From the NCBI GenBank assembly GCA_964569075.1, contig CAZMSV010000002.1, positions 1 to 27,740 on the forward strand: DNA of 27,740 nucleotides, read 5' to 3'. This stretch comes from an uncultured Candidatus Saccharibacteria bacterium (GTDB taxonomy: Bacteria; Patescibacteriota; Minisyncoccia; Phycocordibacterales; Zambryskibacteraceae). Of the stretch, positions 16,958-25,530 are shown one piece after another. Below the pieces are notes generated by a model, which saw only the letters and a list, made by a program, of their open reading frames with translations, did no database searches and was not told the origin of the DNA. Every line of letters begins with the position of its first letter. Within the stretch, counting starts at the first letter, position 1. The translations under genes and the position numbers were made by a program.

Positions 16958-18508
16958 ATGTCCACTCGCTACCTTTGGGCATGGACTCTTGTCCTCGCCC
17001 TTTTCGGCTGTGGGGGCAAAACCCCCACTGAGTTTCCGGACCCAAAACCCGAAGCCAAGATTGATGCCAATCCCAAACTGGCCATTGTTGGCCAACCCAT
17101 GACAATCTCTTGGATAATCAAGAATGCCACCTGCATCCCATCGTGGAGAGATGGAACAATCCCCGCAGGAAGTGGTAGTGAGAGCTACACTCCCCAAGCG
17201 GTTGGTGACTTTGAACTCTCAATCACCTGCTCTGGTGCTGGGGGTACGGTCTCGGACAAAGTATCAATACGGGCGGTAAACAAAACGATAGCAATCCTCA
17301 GTCCACAGAGTGCATCAATCGCAATTGGTAAAAGCGTTGCTTTTACCTGGGAGTGCCAAAACGGCACACCACTCTCTCAATCATGGTCTTCCCCACCACA
17401 GGGTACTTCTAGTGGAACATTCTCCTTTATCGGAACAAGTGTCGGCAGTTATGTCGTAACGCTTGCCTGCTCTGGAGAAGGTGGCACAGCTACTGTCCAA
17501 GCCACGGTAACGGTCTACCAACCGCCAACTATTTCTGGAAATGTCTACGGACTTCAGAGTGGACTGGTAGGATTTGGCGATTGGCGAATCTTCGTCACCT
17601 ACAGCGGAGTGCGAGATTCCGTAGATGTCTCCCCTGATGGGAGCTTTTCCATCGTAGCTGATGCGGATAGCGTTGACCTCATCATTGACGACAAAGACAC
17701 GGCAAATCGGCGTTTTTTCCCTACCCTCATCGCTCTGAAAAAAGTCAACTTTGGGAATGTCAATGTCCTAAGAATACCGAGAGAAGGAACTATATCTTTC
17801 GGGATATATTCTGGGCAAAAGATAGCCCAGAGTTTGGAACTGGCCTACACCCCAATACCGAACAACCTCGCTTTCTACTTTAGGGACAATGTTATTGGGG
17901 GATGGATATACCATGTAAATTATCTTTCCAAAGTAGACTCTCCCCTGATGACGGCCTTTGACCGCAATGCTTCTACTGATCCAATCTCTCCAACAGATTC
18001 AATTGGATTCTGGTCAGTAATTGACTCTGTAGAAAGTATATACGGTCAAGATCTGTTCAAACCAGCCAATATCTCTGAACTGCCCGCAGGAAAGGGTTTG
18101 CGCGTTTGGGTAAACAGAACCATGCTGAGTACCGGAAGGGCCGGACCAAGTAATTGGATTGTCACGAACGGAATACGCGAGACCGTCGGGGCCACTTTCG
18201 AAGTTTTTGAGCCAAGTCTACTCCCCGGCTTCTACATCGGGTACCACGAACTAACGCACGTCTTGGGCTTTGGGCACACATGTGTTTGGCCTACGGTAAT
18301 GTTCTCTGGCTTCCTCAATGAATGTGGTCAGGAATGGAAAAGCCTTACTCTAACGGCCTACGATGTTGCCTACAAGGAACTAATGTATGCCGTTGCGGAG
18401 AGGATGCTCGAGACCGGTGCCAAGTACGGACTCGCTGAAGCTCACCAAGGAGAACGGGTGCTGATGCTTGGTCTTCCACGACAAGTGATCTGGTATCCAA
18501 ACCAATAA
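16958..18508 (+). CDS. Lipoprotein with Ig/PKD-like domains and a C-terminal metzincin-type zinc metalloprotease motif
   Basis: Lipobox LALFG|C; HELTHVLGFGH fits HExxHxxGxxH, followed by a Met-turn-like VM; AAGGAGG SD. Confidence 0.85.
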   Translation: MSTRYLWAWTLVLALFGCGGKTPTEFPDPKPEAKIDANPKLAIVGQPMTISWIIKNATCIPSWRDGTIPAGSGSESYTPQAVGDFELSITCSGAGGTVSDKVSIRAVNKTIAILSPQSASIAIGKSVAFTWECQNGTPLSQSWSSPPQGTSSGTFSFIGTSVGSYVVTLACSGEGGTATVQATVTVYQPPTISGNVYGLQSGLVGFGDWRIFVTYSGVRDSVDVSPDGSFSIVADADSVDLIIDDKDTANRRFFPTLIALKKVNFGNVNVLRIPREGTISFGIYSGQKIAQSLELAYTPIPNNLAFYFRDNVIGGWIYHVNYLSKVDSPLMTAFDRNASTDPISPTDSIGFWSVIDSVESIYGQDLFKPANISELPAGKGLRVWVNRTMLSTGRAGPSNWIVTNGIRETVGATFEVFEPSLLPGFYIGYHELTHVLGFGHTCVWPTVMFSGFLNECGQEWKSLTLTAYDVAYKELMYAVAERMLETGAKYGLAEAHQGERVLMLGLPRQVIWYPNQ

Positions 18509-18552
18509 ATTGAAAGGCGTGTTGTTGCTGGGCGCCCTTGGCGCCCAAGAAA

Positions 18553-18581
18553 CCCCCGAAGCGCAATGCGCGCTTCGGGGG
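18553..18581. terminator. Intrinsic terminator after the lipoprotein gene
   Basis: cccccgaagcgc / gcgcttcggggg 12-bp stem. Confidence 0.75.
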
Positions 18582-18709
18582 ATATTCTTTATTTATAGTT
18601 TTCCTCTCATGTTGCCTTAACAAACCTGTAAATATGCCTACTATCATATTAGACTTGATTCTTCTGGATTGAGGTTTAAACCTTAAAATACCCGGAGGGG
18701 GTGAAATAT

Positions 18710-18787
18710 ATGGCAGATGATGGTGGCCCTCTCTCGGATGACTATTCCGAAGATTCTGACGCTGATTCGAGAGCGACTCCCGAATAG
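18710..18787 (+). CDS. Putative 25-aa acidic micropeptide MADDGGPLSDDYSEDSDADSRATPE
   Basis: GGAGGGGGTGA SD-like sequence upstream and a terminator downstream; below the ORF-track cutoff. Confidence 0.35.
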   Translation: MADDGGPLSDDYSEDSDADSRATPE

Positions 18788-18814
18788 CCAGCGAAGAATC
18801 GAGAGTACAAGGTC

Positions 18815-18852
18815 AGGATCCTCAACGTAACCGGTTGGGGGTCCTTTCTTTT
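18815..18852 (+). terminator. Intrinsic terminator, convergent with the M16 peptidase stop
   Basis: aggatcctcaac / gttgggggtcct stem with G-U pairs, then a T-rich tail. Confidence 0.7.
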
Positions 18853-20107
18853 ATATGTCTATGTCTCCACATATCGCAGTATAAAAATACTTTGGTTCCA
18901 AGTATTTATTGGCAACAAAACTAATATCATTAACTGATAGAGAATTGATGTTTTGAACATAATCCTCAACGGTATGCAACGATTCAGGCGATAGCAATGC
19001 CTCTACATCGTGATTATCAACCCACGATTTGGAAGTTTGCAAGTTTCGAATCATCCCTTTAGATATCTTACATTTCACTATTTCTAGTTCACTTTCCAAG
19101 ACACCACCTTTACGAATATCATCAAACAAGTCGTATATAAGTTTTCTCGCTTTTTCCCAGTTATTCCTATCGCAAGTAAGTTTGATTCTGAATGATCCCC
19201 AATCGCCGGAATCTACAATACTTCCAGAAACTGAATATACCAATCCATTCTTATACCTCAACAACGTAGTCAGTCTGGACCCCCTACCAACTGCCAAAAT
19301 AATATTGAGAGCCTGTAGAGCACAATATTCTTTGTAGTCATCAAAAGATGTTCTGCATCCAAGCATTATGTGTAACTCCTTAACATCAGAGTATCGTTTT
19401 ACAGCCGATGTTGTTATGTTTATAATCGGTAGTATTTCCTGAACATTAAACCTTTTTTGGTACGGAAGATTAACCTCACTTAAAAAACTCGCCAACTGGT
19501 CAATACTAATATCTCCAGCAGCAATAAAACAGGCATGACCAGAATTAATAAAACTATTTTTATGATCAATTAATACTGCTCGGCTAATTGATTTCACGTC
19601 CTCAATCTCTCCTCGTACACCTTTCTCCAGTAGGGTTCCTTGGAACGCGAGCGAATTAAACAAATCAACGACTACCTCATTTGGATTGCTTTTTCTAGAC
19701 TTAATTTCCGAAAAAATGGACCCTCTCTCATTTTCAATAGTTCTTTCATCAAAAAGCGAGTGGTTAAGGCACTGGTCTAATACTTCCATACCAGCAATTA
19801 AATCCCCTGACTCTGGAATCTCAATATCAAATCTTACAAAATTACCATTCGTCGCTGCGCCAAAATCACCGCCAACTCTTTCTAGGTGCTTTGCTATAAG
19901 ATTTTTTGTGGGAAATTTTTCTGTTCCAGCCACAAGCATGTGTTCAAGAAAATGCGATGTACCAGGAATGGTGTCAAAACGTGAGCCAGCAAAAAACAAA
20001 GTCCGTATGAATATGGGCATCCCTTTTCTGCTAAACAGAAAGAGATTTGCCCCGTTAGCCAATTTTCTCTGATGCAACTCTACAGCCAGTTTCTCCAGGG
20101 TCTTCAT
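18851..20107 (-). CDS. M16 (pitrilysin/insulinase) family zinc peptidase
   Basis: Inverted zinc motif GTSHFLEHML, ERGSIFSE, SRL...LRYKNGLVYSV. Confidence 0.93.
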   Translation of the reverse strand: MKTLEKLAVELHQRKLANGANLFLFSRKGMPIFIRTLFFAGSRFDTIPGTSHFLEHMLVAGTEKFPTKNLIAKHLERVGGDFGAATNGNFVRFDIEIPESGDLIAGMEVLDQCLNHSLFDERTIENERGSIFSEIKSRKSNPNEVVVDLFNSLAFQGTLLEKGVRGEIEDVKSISRAVLIDHKNSFINSGHACFIAAGDISIDQLASFLSEVNLPYQKRFNVQEILPIINITTSAVKRYSDVKELHIMLGCRTSFDDYKEYCALQALNIILAVGRGSRLTTLLRYKNGLVYSVSGSIVDSGDWGSFRIKLTCDRNNWEKARKLIYDLFDDIRKGGVLESELEIVKCKISKGMIRNLQTSKSWVDNHDVEALLSPESLHTVEDYVQNINSLSVNDISFVANKYLEPKYFYTAICGDIDI

Positions 20108-20275
20108 TAAATTTATAGGGATTCTAATTTACCAATTACTTTATAGATCTTTCGTCTTTTGAAAAGTGACCTAAACCGATGAATCAACTTGACGACAACC
20201 TGCAAAGTATACTGTATTTGTAATGGATTGGGGAGCTTAGAATCATGCTCTGCACACTTACCAGAGAGGTGAAAA

Positions 20276-20344
20276 ATGGATTCGTGCCATATTCCTGATG
20301 ACGTTATCCGAACCCAGATTTCTGATTCTCCCGACGAAGAATAA
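20276..20344 (+). CDS. Putative 22-aa acidic micropeptide MDSCHIPDDVIRTQISDSPDEE
   Basis: GAGAGGTGA SD directly upstream; hairpins and a terminator downstream. Confidence 0.35.
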   Translation: MDSCHIPDDVIRTQISDSPDEE

Positions 20345-20432
20345 ACGGGTCCGGGAATTTTTACCCCAAGTTGGGCCGTGGATCATGGAGAGGCGGAAGA
20401 TCTCCACTGATCTAAATGTCCGATTGACTCCG

Positions 20433-20465
20433 CCGCCCCCCCCCTACTCGGGGGCGGTTTTTTTT
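20433..20465 (+). terminator. Intrinsic terminator
   Basis: ccgccccc / gggggcgg stem followed by T8. Confidence 0.8.
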
Positions 20466-20535
20466 ATTTTTTAATTAAAATTTTCTACTTTTATAGATAT
20501 TGCAACACTAAAAGATCTGCAAACTTTCAACTCAT

Positions 20536-20563
20536 TTGACAAAAAATGTGTATTTGCTATAAT
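20536..20563 (+). promoter_or_regulatory. Sigma-70 promoter for nusA
   Basis: TTGACA-16 nt-TATAAT with an extended -10 (TGn). Confidence 0.85.
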
Positions 20564-20576
20564 TAAGGAGTGATTG

Positions 20577-20661
20577 AATGTTGGTTCGCCCGAAAGGCGA
20601 GCTCATTTTTTTACCCGCACACCGTTTGCTTATTTATTTCAAACAGTCTGTGGGTAAAAAA
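20577..20661 (+). promoter_or_regulatory. Candidate attenuator in the nusA leader
   Basis: Hairpin gttcgcc-cgaaa-ggcgagc plus T7; the T-run is also the left arm of a second hairpin, ttttttacccgca...tgtgggtaaaaaa. Confidence 0.5.
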
Positions 20662-20705
20662 TGCTCGGTAAAAATTTTTATATTCATTAATATTCATAAA
20701 ACAAG

Positions 20706-21932
20706 ATGTTTGACCTTAAAGTAATAAATTCCGTTCTTGACCAAATGGAACAAGAGCGAGGAATACCGAAAGAGAAAATAATAGAAGCCATTGAGATGGC
20801 TCTGGCCACTGCATACAAAAAAGAGTACGGAAAACGCGGACAAATCGTACGCGCTAAATTTGATATAAACACAGGAAAGGTTGAATTCTACCAAGTTAAA
20901 ATCGTAGTTGACGATACGCGAGTCATCATCACAGACAACGACGAAGAATTTGTACGCGAAGAAACTGATGAAAGAATTTTTTTCAACTCTGAACATCATA
21001 TCCTCATAGAAGATGCACAGAAAATAAAAAGAGAAGCAGAGCTAGATGAAGAGATTGTTTTTCCTCTAGAAAACAAGAGCGACTTCGGACGCATTGCATC
21101 TCAGACCGCCAAACAAGTCATAATGCAAAAAATTCGCGAAGCGGAAAAAGCTTCTGTCATGGGAGAATTCGGATCTCGTGAAGGTGACATTGTCACTGGA
21201 ACAGTACAGAGAGTTGAGAGAGGCAATATATTTGTTGATATGGGTCGCGCTACTGGTCTCCTACCATATGAAGAACAAATACCCGGTGAAAGATTCGCAC
21301 AAGGTGAGCGTGTCAGGGCATATCTGTATCGTGTAGAAGAAACACCCAAAGGAATATTCCTGCGCCTGTCACGCTCTCACCCAAAATTTCTTGAAAAATT
21401 ATTTATGCAAGAAGCGCCGGAAGTTGCGAGTGGTGCGGTAGAGATAAAAGCCATAGCCCGTGAAGCTGGCAACAGAAGTAAGGTTGCAGTATATTCTAAA
21501 GACGAACACATTGACCCTGTTGGTTCTATGGTTGGACAACGAGGAGTACGAGTATCTACTGTGACCAGTGAGCTCGGCGGAGAAAAAATAGACATTATTG
21601 AATGGTCGGCTGACCCAAAGAAATTCATCGAGGATGCGCTCTCTCCAGCAAAAGTTGTATCAGTTGTCATTGACGAAGAAAACAAACAAGCGCACGTACA
21701 GGTCTCTGAAGATCAGCAGTCTTTGGCTATCGGACGCGGAGGCCAAAATGTTCGCTTGGCTGCGAAACTCACTGGGTGGAAGATAGACATACAGTCTGTT
21801 GCCGGAGAAAATTTGGCCGAAGCAGAAGCCCTGCCAGACACCCCTGAAACATCCAACGCTCCGCAAGAAAAGATGTCAGAAGAAAAACCAGAAATCTCGG
21901 ATGCGATCGCTACTCCTGAAGAAACAGGCTAA
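20706..21932 (+). CDS. nusA: Transcription termination/antitermination factor NusA
   Basis: FGRIASQTAKQVI, S1 and KH domains, IAREAGNRSKVAV, LAIGRGGQNVRLAAKLTGWKIDI. Confidence 0.98.
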   Translation: MFDLKVINSVLDQMEQERGIPKEKIIEAIEMALATAYKKEYGKRGQIVRAKFDINTGKVEFYQVKIVVDDTRVIITDNDEEFVREETDERIFFNSEHHILIEDAQKIKREAELDEEIVFPLENKSDFGRIASQTAKQVIMQKIREAEKASVMGEFGSREGDIVTGTVQRVERGNIFVDMGRATGLLPYEEQIPGERFAQGERVRAYLYRVEETPKGIFLRLSRSHPKFLEKLFMQEAPEVASGAVEIKAIAREAGNRSKVAVYSKDEHIDPVGSMVGQRGVRVSTVTSELGGEKIDIIEWSADPKKFIEDALSPAKVVSVVIDEENKQAHVQVSEDQQSLAIGRGGQNVRLAAKLTGWKIDIQSVAGENLAEAEALPDTPETSNAPQEKMSEEKPEISDAIATPEETG

Positions 21933-21986
21933 TGAAAACTTCAAATCCCGACGATAAGTCTGGACCAAGAATTAAATTAATTAAAT

Positions 21987-22511
21987 ATGAATCTTTGGCA
22001 CGACATTGAACCCGGAAAAGTTGATGCGATGAACGTTGTCGTTGAAATAAATAAGGGATCAAAAAATAAATACGAGATGGACAAAAAAACTGGACTCATT
22101 GCCCTTGATAGAGTTCTAAACTCTACCCAAGACTATCCGTTTAACTATGGGTTCATACCACAAACACTCTGGAAAGATGGGGACCCCGTAGACGTGGTTT
22201 TACTTTCAACCCACCAGTTTGTGCCAGGTGCATTGGTTAAGGTTCGCCCAGTAGCAATTATGAATATGGTTGATGGTGGAGAAGGCGACGACAAAGTCGT
22301 TGCCGTACCCATAGAAGACCCGCGTTGGGATAGTGTCCAGAATCTAAACACAATAGATAAACATACACTAAAGGAAATAGAACACTTTTTTAGTACATAT
22401 AAAAAACTCCAGAATAAGGAAGTAAAAACATTGGGGTTTAAAAACAAAGAAGAGGCCGAGAAATGCTTCACCGAAGGAAGCCAGATGTATAAAGATAAAT
22501 ATGGCAAATAA
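21987..22511 (+). CDS. ppa: Family I inorganic pyrophosphatase
   Basis: KYEMDK, YPFNYGFIPQT, DGDPVD, DDKVVAVP. Confidence 0.97.
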   Translation: MNLWHDIEPGKVDAMNVVVEINKGSKNKYEMDKKTGLIALDRVLNSTQDYPFNYGFIPQTLWKDGDPVDVVLLSTHQFVPGALVKVRPVAIMNMVDGGEGDDKVVAVPIEDPRWDSVQNLNTIDKHTLKEIEHFFSTYKKLQNKEVKTLGFKNKEEAEKCFTEGSQMYKDKYGK

Positions 22512-22547
22512 CAAAAGGCCCGCCCTATAATCAGGGCGGGCCTTTTG
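22512..22547. terminator. Intrinsic terminator of the nusA-ppa operon
   Basis: caaaaggcccgccct / agggcgggccttttg. Confidence 0.88.
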
Positions 22548-22652
22548 TAGTACACTAATGTAGTAAGAAATACCCACAAAGGACCGTCTTACCATATAGA
22601 CACCACAATATTGGTGTAAAGAATTATTAAAATAACTACATATATTATATTT

Positions 22653-23279
22653 ATGAAAAAAATTATCGGACTATTGGCCCTCTCTTTATTTTTCACATTC
22701 ACATCTGGTATATTTGCTGAAGAGCCCAACACAGACACACAGCAGGTTGAAGCGAGAGCTCAACTGGAACTCAACAGAGAAGCTCGTCAAAACCAAATTG
22801 AAAAAAATAGAGAACAAATGCAAGAAAGAAAAGAATTGGCAAATGACAGACAAGAAGAGCGCCAGATAGAGCGTGAACAAAATATGAAAGACCGCATTAG
22901 TGCTCATCTTGAATGGATGACTAGACGTCTTAACGCCGCAGTAGAAAGACTAGAAAAACTAGTGCTACGTATTGAATCTAGAATAGAAAAAATAGAAAGT
23001 GAAGGCGGAGACACTGAGGAAGCAGTGGGCCTTGTAGAGGAAGCCAAAGTGAGTATAGAATCGGCCCAAAATGGAATCTCTCAAATACCAGAAATATTTG
23101 AAGAAGCAATTTCAAAAGAAGAACTTAAGGGAGCATTCACTGAACTTCGCACTCTGATAGAACAAATACGAACTGATTTAAAGGAAGCGCACAAATTACT
23201 TATAAAGGCCGTTACAAAACTCAAGGGGCTTCGAGTTGGGGTAGAAACATCCACAAATTCGGCAGATAGTGTAGAATAA
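22653..23279 (+). CDS. Secreted coiled-coil hypothetical protein
   Basis: Signal peptide and E/R/Q-rich heptads. Confidence 0.8.
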   Translation: MKKIIGLLALSLFFTFTSGIFAEEPNTDTQQVEARAQLELNREARQNQIEKNREQMQERKELANDRQEERQIEREQNMKDRISAHLEWMTRRLNAAVERLEKLVLRIESRIEKIESEGGDTEEAVGLVEEAKVSIESAQNGISQIPEIFEEAISKEELKGAFTELRTLIEQIRTDLKEAHKLLIKAVTKLKGLRVGVETSTNSADSVE

Positions 23280-23305
23280 ATTAATACAAACTAATTAAAA
23301 TCTAT

Positions 23306-23656
23306 ATGGAACCAACAGGAGAACAAATACAAATGTCACCAGCCCCTCAGGATGAAAAATCCATAGGACCAGCAATTGGGGTGATCATTATCATATTGGC
23401 GCTCGTCCTTGGTGGGCTATATTTTTGGGGTCAAACAGAAACGAACAGAACTCAAAATAAAAGCCAAAATATAGAAGGACAAGAGGCGTCCGCCGATGCT
23501 CAGGCTGAGATCCAGTTGCTTCAAAGCCAAGGAGAATCAGACGATCTAGACTCAATCGAAGCAGACCTCAACAATACTGATTTTTCAGGACTTGGCTCTG
23601 AGATGAATAGTATAGAAACTGAATCAGAAGGTTCTGGACAAATAGAGCTTGAATAA
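23306..23656 (+). CDS. Small membrane-anchored acidic hypothetical protein
   Basis: One TM helix (IGVIIIILALVLGGLYFW); SDDLDSIEADLNNTDF acidic motif. Confidence 0.8.
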   Translation: MEPTGEQIQMSPAPQDEKSIGPAIGVIIIILALVLGGLYFWGQTETNRTQNKSQNIEGQEASADAQAEIQLLQSQGESDDLDSIEADLNNTDFSGLGSEMNSIETESEGSGQIELE

Positions 23657-23666
23657 CCAACCCACT

Positions 23667-23716
23667 CAAAAGGCAACCCCGTCCTTCGACAAAGCTCAGG
23701 ACGGGGTTGCCTTTTG
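23667..23716. terminator. Long bidirectional hairpin terminator
   Basis: Perfect 19-bp arms caaaaggcaaccccgtcct / aggacggggttgccttttg. Confidence 0.85.
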
Positions 23717-23769
23717 TCTATTGTTTCTTTAGACTGGTGAAATTATTCCCTAAATAAACCGACAACCAA

Positions 23770-24828
23770 ATGAAAAAACATTTCACTCTTTCAAAAACTG
23801 AAAAACTCCCAGACTCCCGAATACTCATTGAGGGCGAGATTGATGTTGAACTACTGAATAAACACAGGGAAAAGGCCCTTAAGGAGATCGGCAAGAATGC
23901 CGAACTTCCTGGATTTAGAAGGGGCCACGTACCAGAAAATATGCTAGTGGAACGCTTGGGAGAAATGCACATTTTGGGCGAAGCGAGTGAGGGCGCTTTG
24001 AATGAAGTTTATCCGCAGATTATTGAAAGTGAAAAAGTTTTTGTTATTGGAGAACCAGAAGTCAAAATTACCAAACTGGCCCCCCAAACTCCCGTTGGTT
24101 TTTCTATAACAATATCTGTACTCCCAGAATTTAAACTTCCCCCCTACAAAAAGATTGCCGGTGAGGTTGTGTCAGAAGAGATATTTCTTGTATCAGAAAA
24201 AGAAGTGGATGATGTAATAAATGAAATTCGTAAAAACTTCGCCCATATGGAAATGCACAAAAACAAAAATTCTGATGACCACAAGCACGGGGAAATAAAA
24301 GACGAAGATCTCCCAGAGGTAAATGACGAATTTGTAAAAAAGATTGGACAGTTTAAGGACGTCTCCGACTTCAGGGAAAAGGCCAAAGAAAACCTGACTA
24401 AAGAAAAAAGTATTCGCGCAAAAGAAAAAAGGCGGACAGAGATACTGGAAAATATCCTCAAGGGAACTGAAATATCTGTTCCTCAGATCCTGATTGAAAA
24501 TGAACTCAAGAAAATGCTCGCACAATTTCAAGACGATGTGGCTCGTGCTGGTGTAAATTTTGAAGAATATTTAAAACAAGTTAATAAAACAGAAGAGGGT
24601 ATAAAAAAAGATTGGACAGAAACAGCAATTAAGAAGGCAAAGATACAACTCATACTAAATAAAATATCGGAAGAAGAAAAAATATCTCCAGACGGAGACA
24701 AAGTGCGAACAGAAACTGAAAAAATACTTATCGCTCATCCGAGTGCTGACCCAATCCGCGCCAGACTCTATGTTGGCCAAATGTTTCTAAACGAAAAGGT
24801 AATAGAGTTTCTAGAAAGCCAAGAATAA
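23770..24828 (+). CDS. tig: Trigger factor, short form (FKBP domain apparently missing)
   Basis: Ribosome-binding signature LPGFRRGHVP; C-domain LPEVNDEFVK...VPQILIENE. Confidence 0.93.
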   Translation: MKKHFTLSKTEKLPDSRILIEGEIDVELLNKHREKALKEIGKNAELPGFRRGHVPENMLVERLGEMHILGEASEGALNEVYPQIIESEKVFVIGEPEVKITKLAPQTPVGFSITISVLPEFKLPPYKKIAGEVVSEEIFLVSEKEVDDVINEIRKNFAHMEMHKNKNSDDHKHGEIKDEDLPEVNDEFVKKIGQFKDVSDFREKAKENLTKEKSIRAKEKRRTEILENILKGTEISVPQILIENELKKMLAQFQDDVARAGVNFEEYLKQVNKTEEGIKKDWTETAIKKAKIQLILNKISEEEKISPDGDKVRTETEKILIAHPSADPIRARLYVGQMFLNEKVIEFLESQE

Positions 24829-25524
24829 CTATTGCAAAAGTATAAGACTTGAAATAGCGACCGCCGCTGTTTCTGCTCGTAGAGTTTGATGACCCAAAGA
24901 ATACACCCGCATATTATTTTTCTTAAAAAGAAAAATTTCTCTATCTGTCCATCCACCCTCTGGTCCAACAAATATTCCTAAAGGAGAATAATTTTGTGCG
25001 TGCTCTATAGTGAAAGTATCTCCCTTTGGGTCAAAAGCAAAGCAAGGAAACTCTGCATTTATGGCATCTTCAAGGTTCATAATTTGAGAGAGCACCGGCA
25101 GTGTTGCTCTGCCTGATTGTTCTGATGCTTCTATTAAAATCTTTTCTGCTCTTTCAATATTTATATTTTTCTTTTCGCTTCTATCAGAGAGTATCGGTAT
25201 AAAGCGAGTCACACCAAGCTCTGTCCCCTTCTCAAGTACCCATTCAAATGTGTCTTTTTTGGTGATTGAATAAAAAAGATGAAGCTCTCGAGCTGGGGTA
25301 TTTTTGCTTTCCTTTTTTGAAATGACCGAACCCATAATCTCTCCATTCTCAAGAGATGAAATCAAAATATAATATTCAAAACCAGTATTATCAAAAAGAA
25401 TAATCTGTCCACCTACTGTGAAACGAAAGACTGAAAGGAGCTGGTGAATAAGCGCCGAATCGCGAATAACGACACTATCTTTGTCGCCGATTTCTTCTGG
25501 GGTGTAAAATCTGTGAAGACGCAT
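24829..25524 (-). CDS. rsmE: 16S rRNA m3U1498 methyltransferase
   Basis: EKGTELGV, EASEQSGR, IFVGPEGGW, LGHQTLRAETAA. Confidence 0.97.
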   Translation of the reverse strand: MRLHRFYTPEEIGDKDSVVIRDSALIHQLLSVFRFTVGGQIILFDNTGFEYYILISSLENGEIMGSVISKKESKNTPARELHLFYSITKKDTFEWVLEKGTELGVTRFIPILSDRSEKKNINIERAEKILIEASEQSGRATLPVLSQIMNLEDAINAEFPCFAFDPKGDTFTIEHAQNYSPLGIFVGPEGGWTDREIFLFKKNNMRVYSLGHQTLRAETAAVAISSLILLQ

Positions 25525-25530
25525 GGGGGG

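Noticed and set aside
18717-20474. Basic +1-frame ORFs overlapping the micro-ORFs (37 aa from 18717, 58 aa from 20298)
   Set aside because: Their ATGs arise from GAT-G codon junctions of the Asp-rich frames, SD spacing is worse, and they run into the terminators. Not fully excluded.
429-24971. Remaining short antisense or overlapping ORFs in the track
   Set aside because: They lie inside well-supported genes on another frame or strand and have no recognisable motifs.
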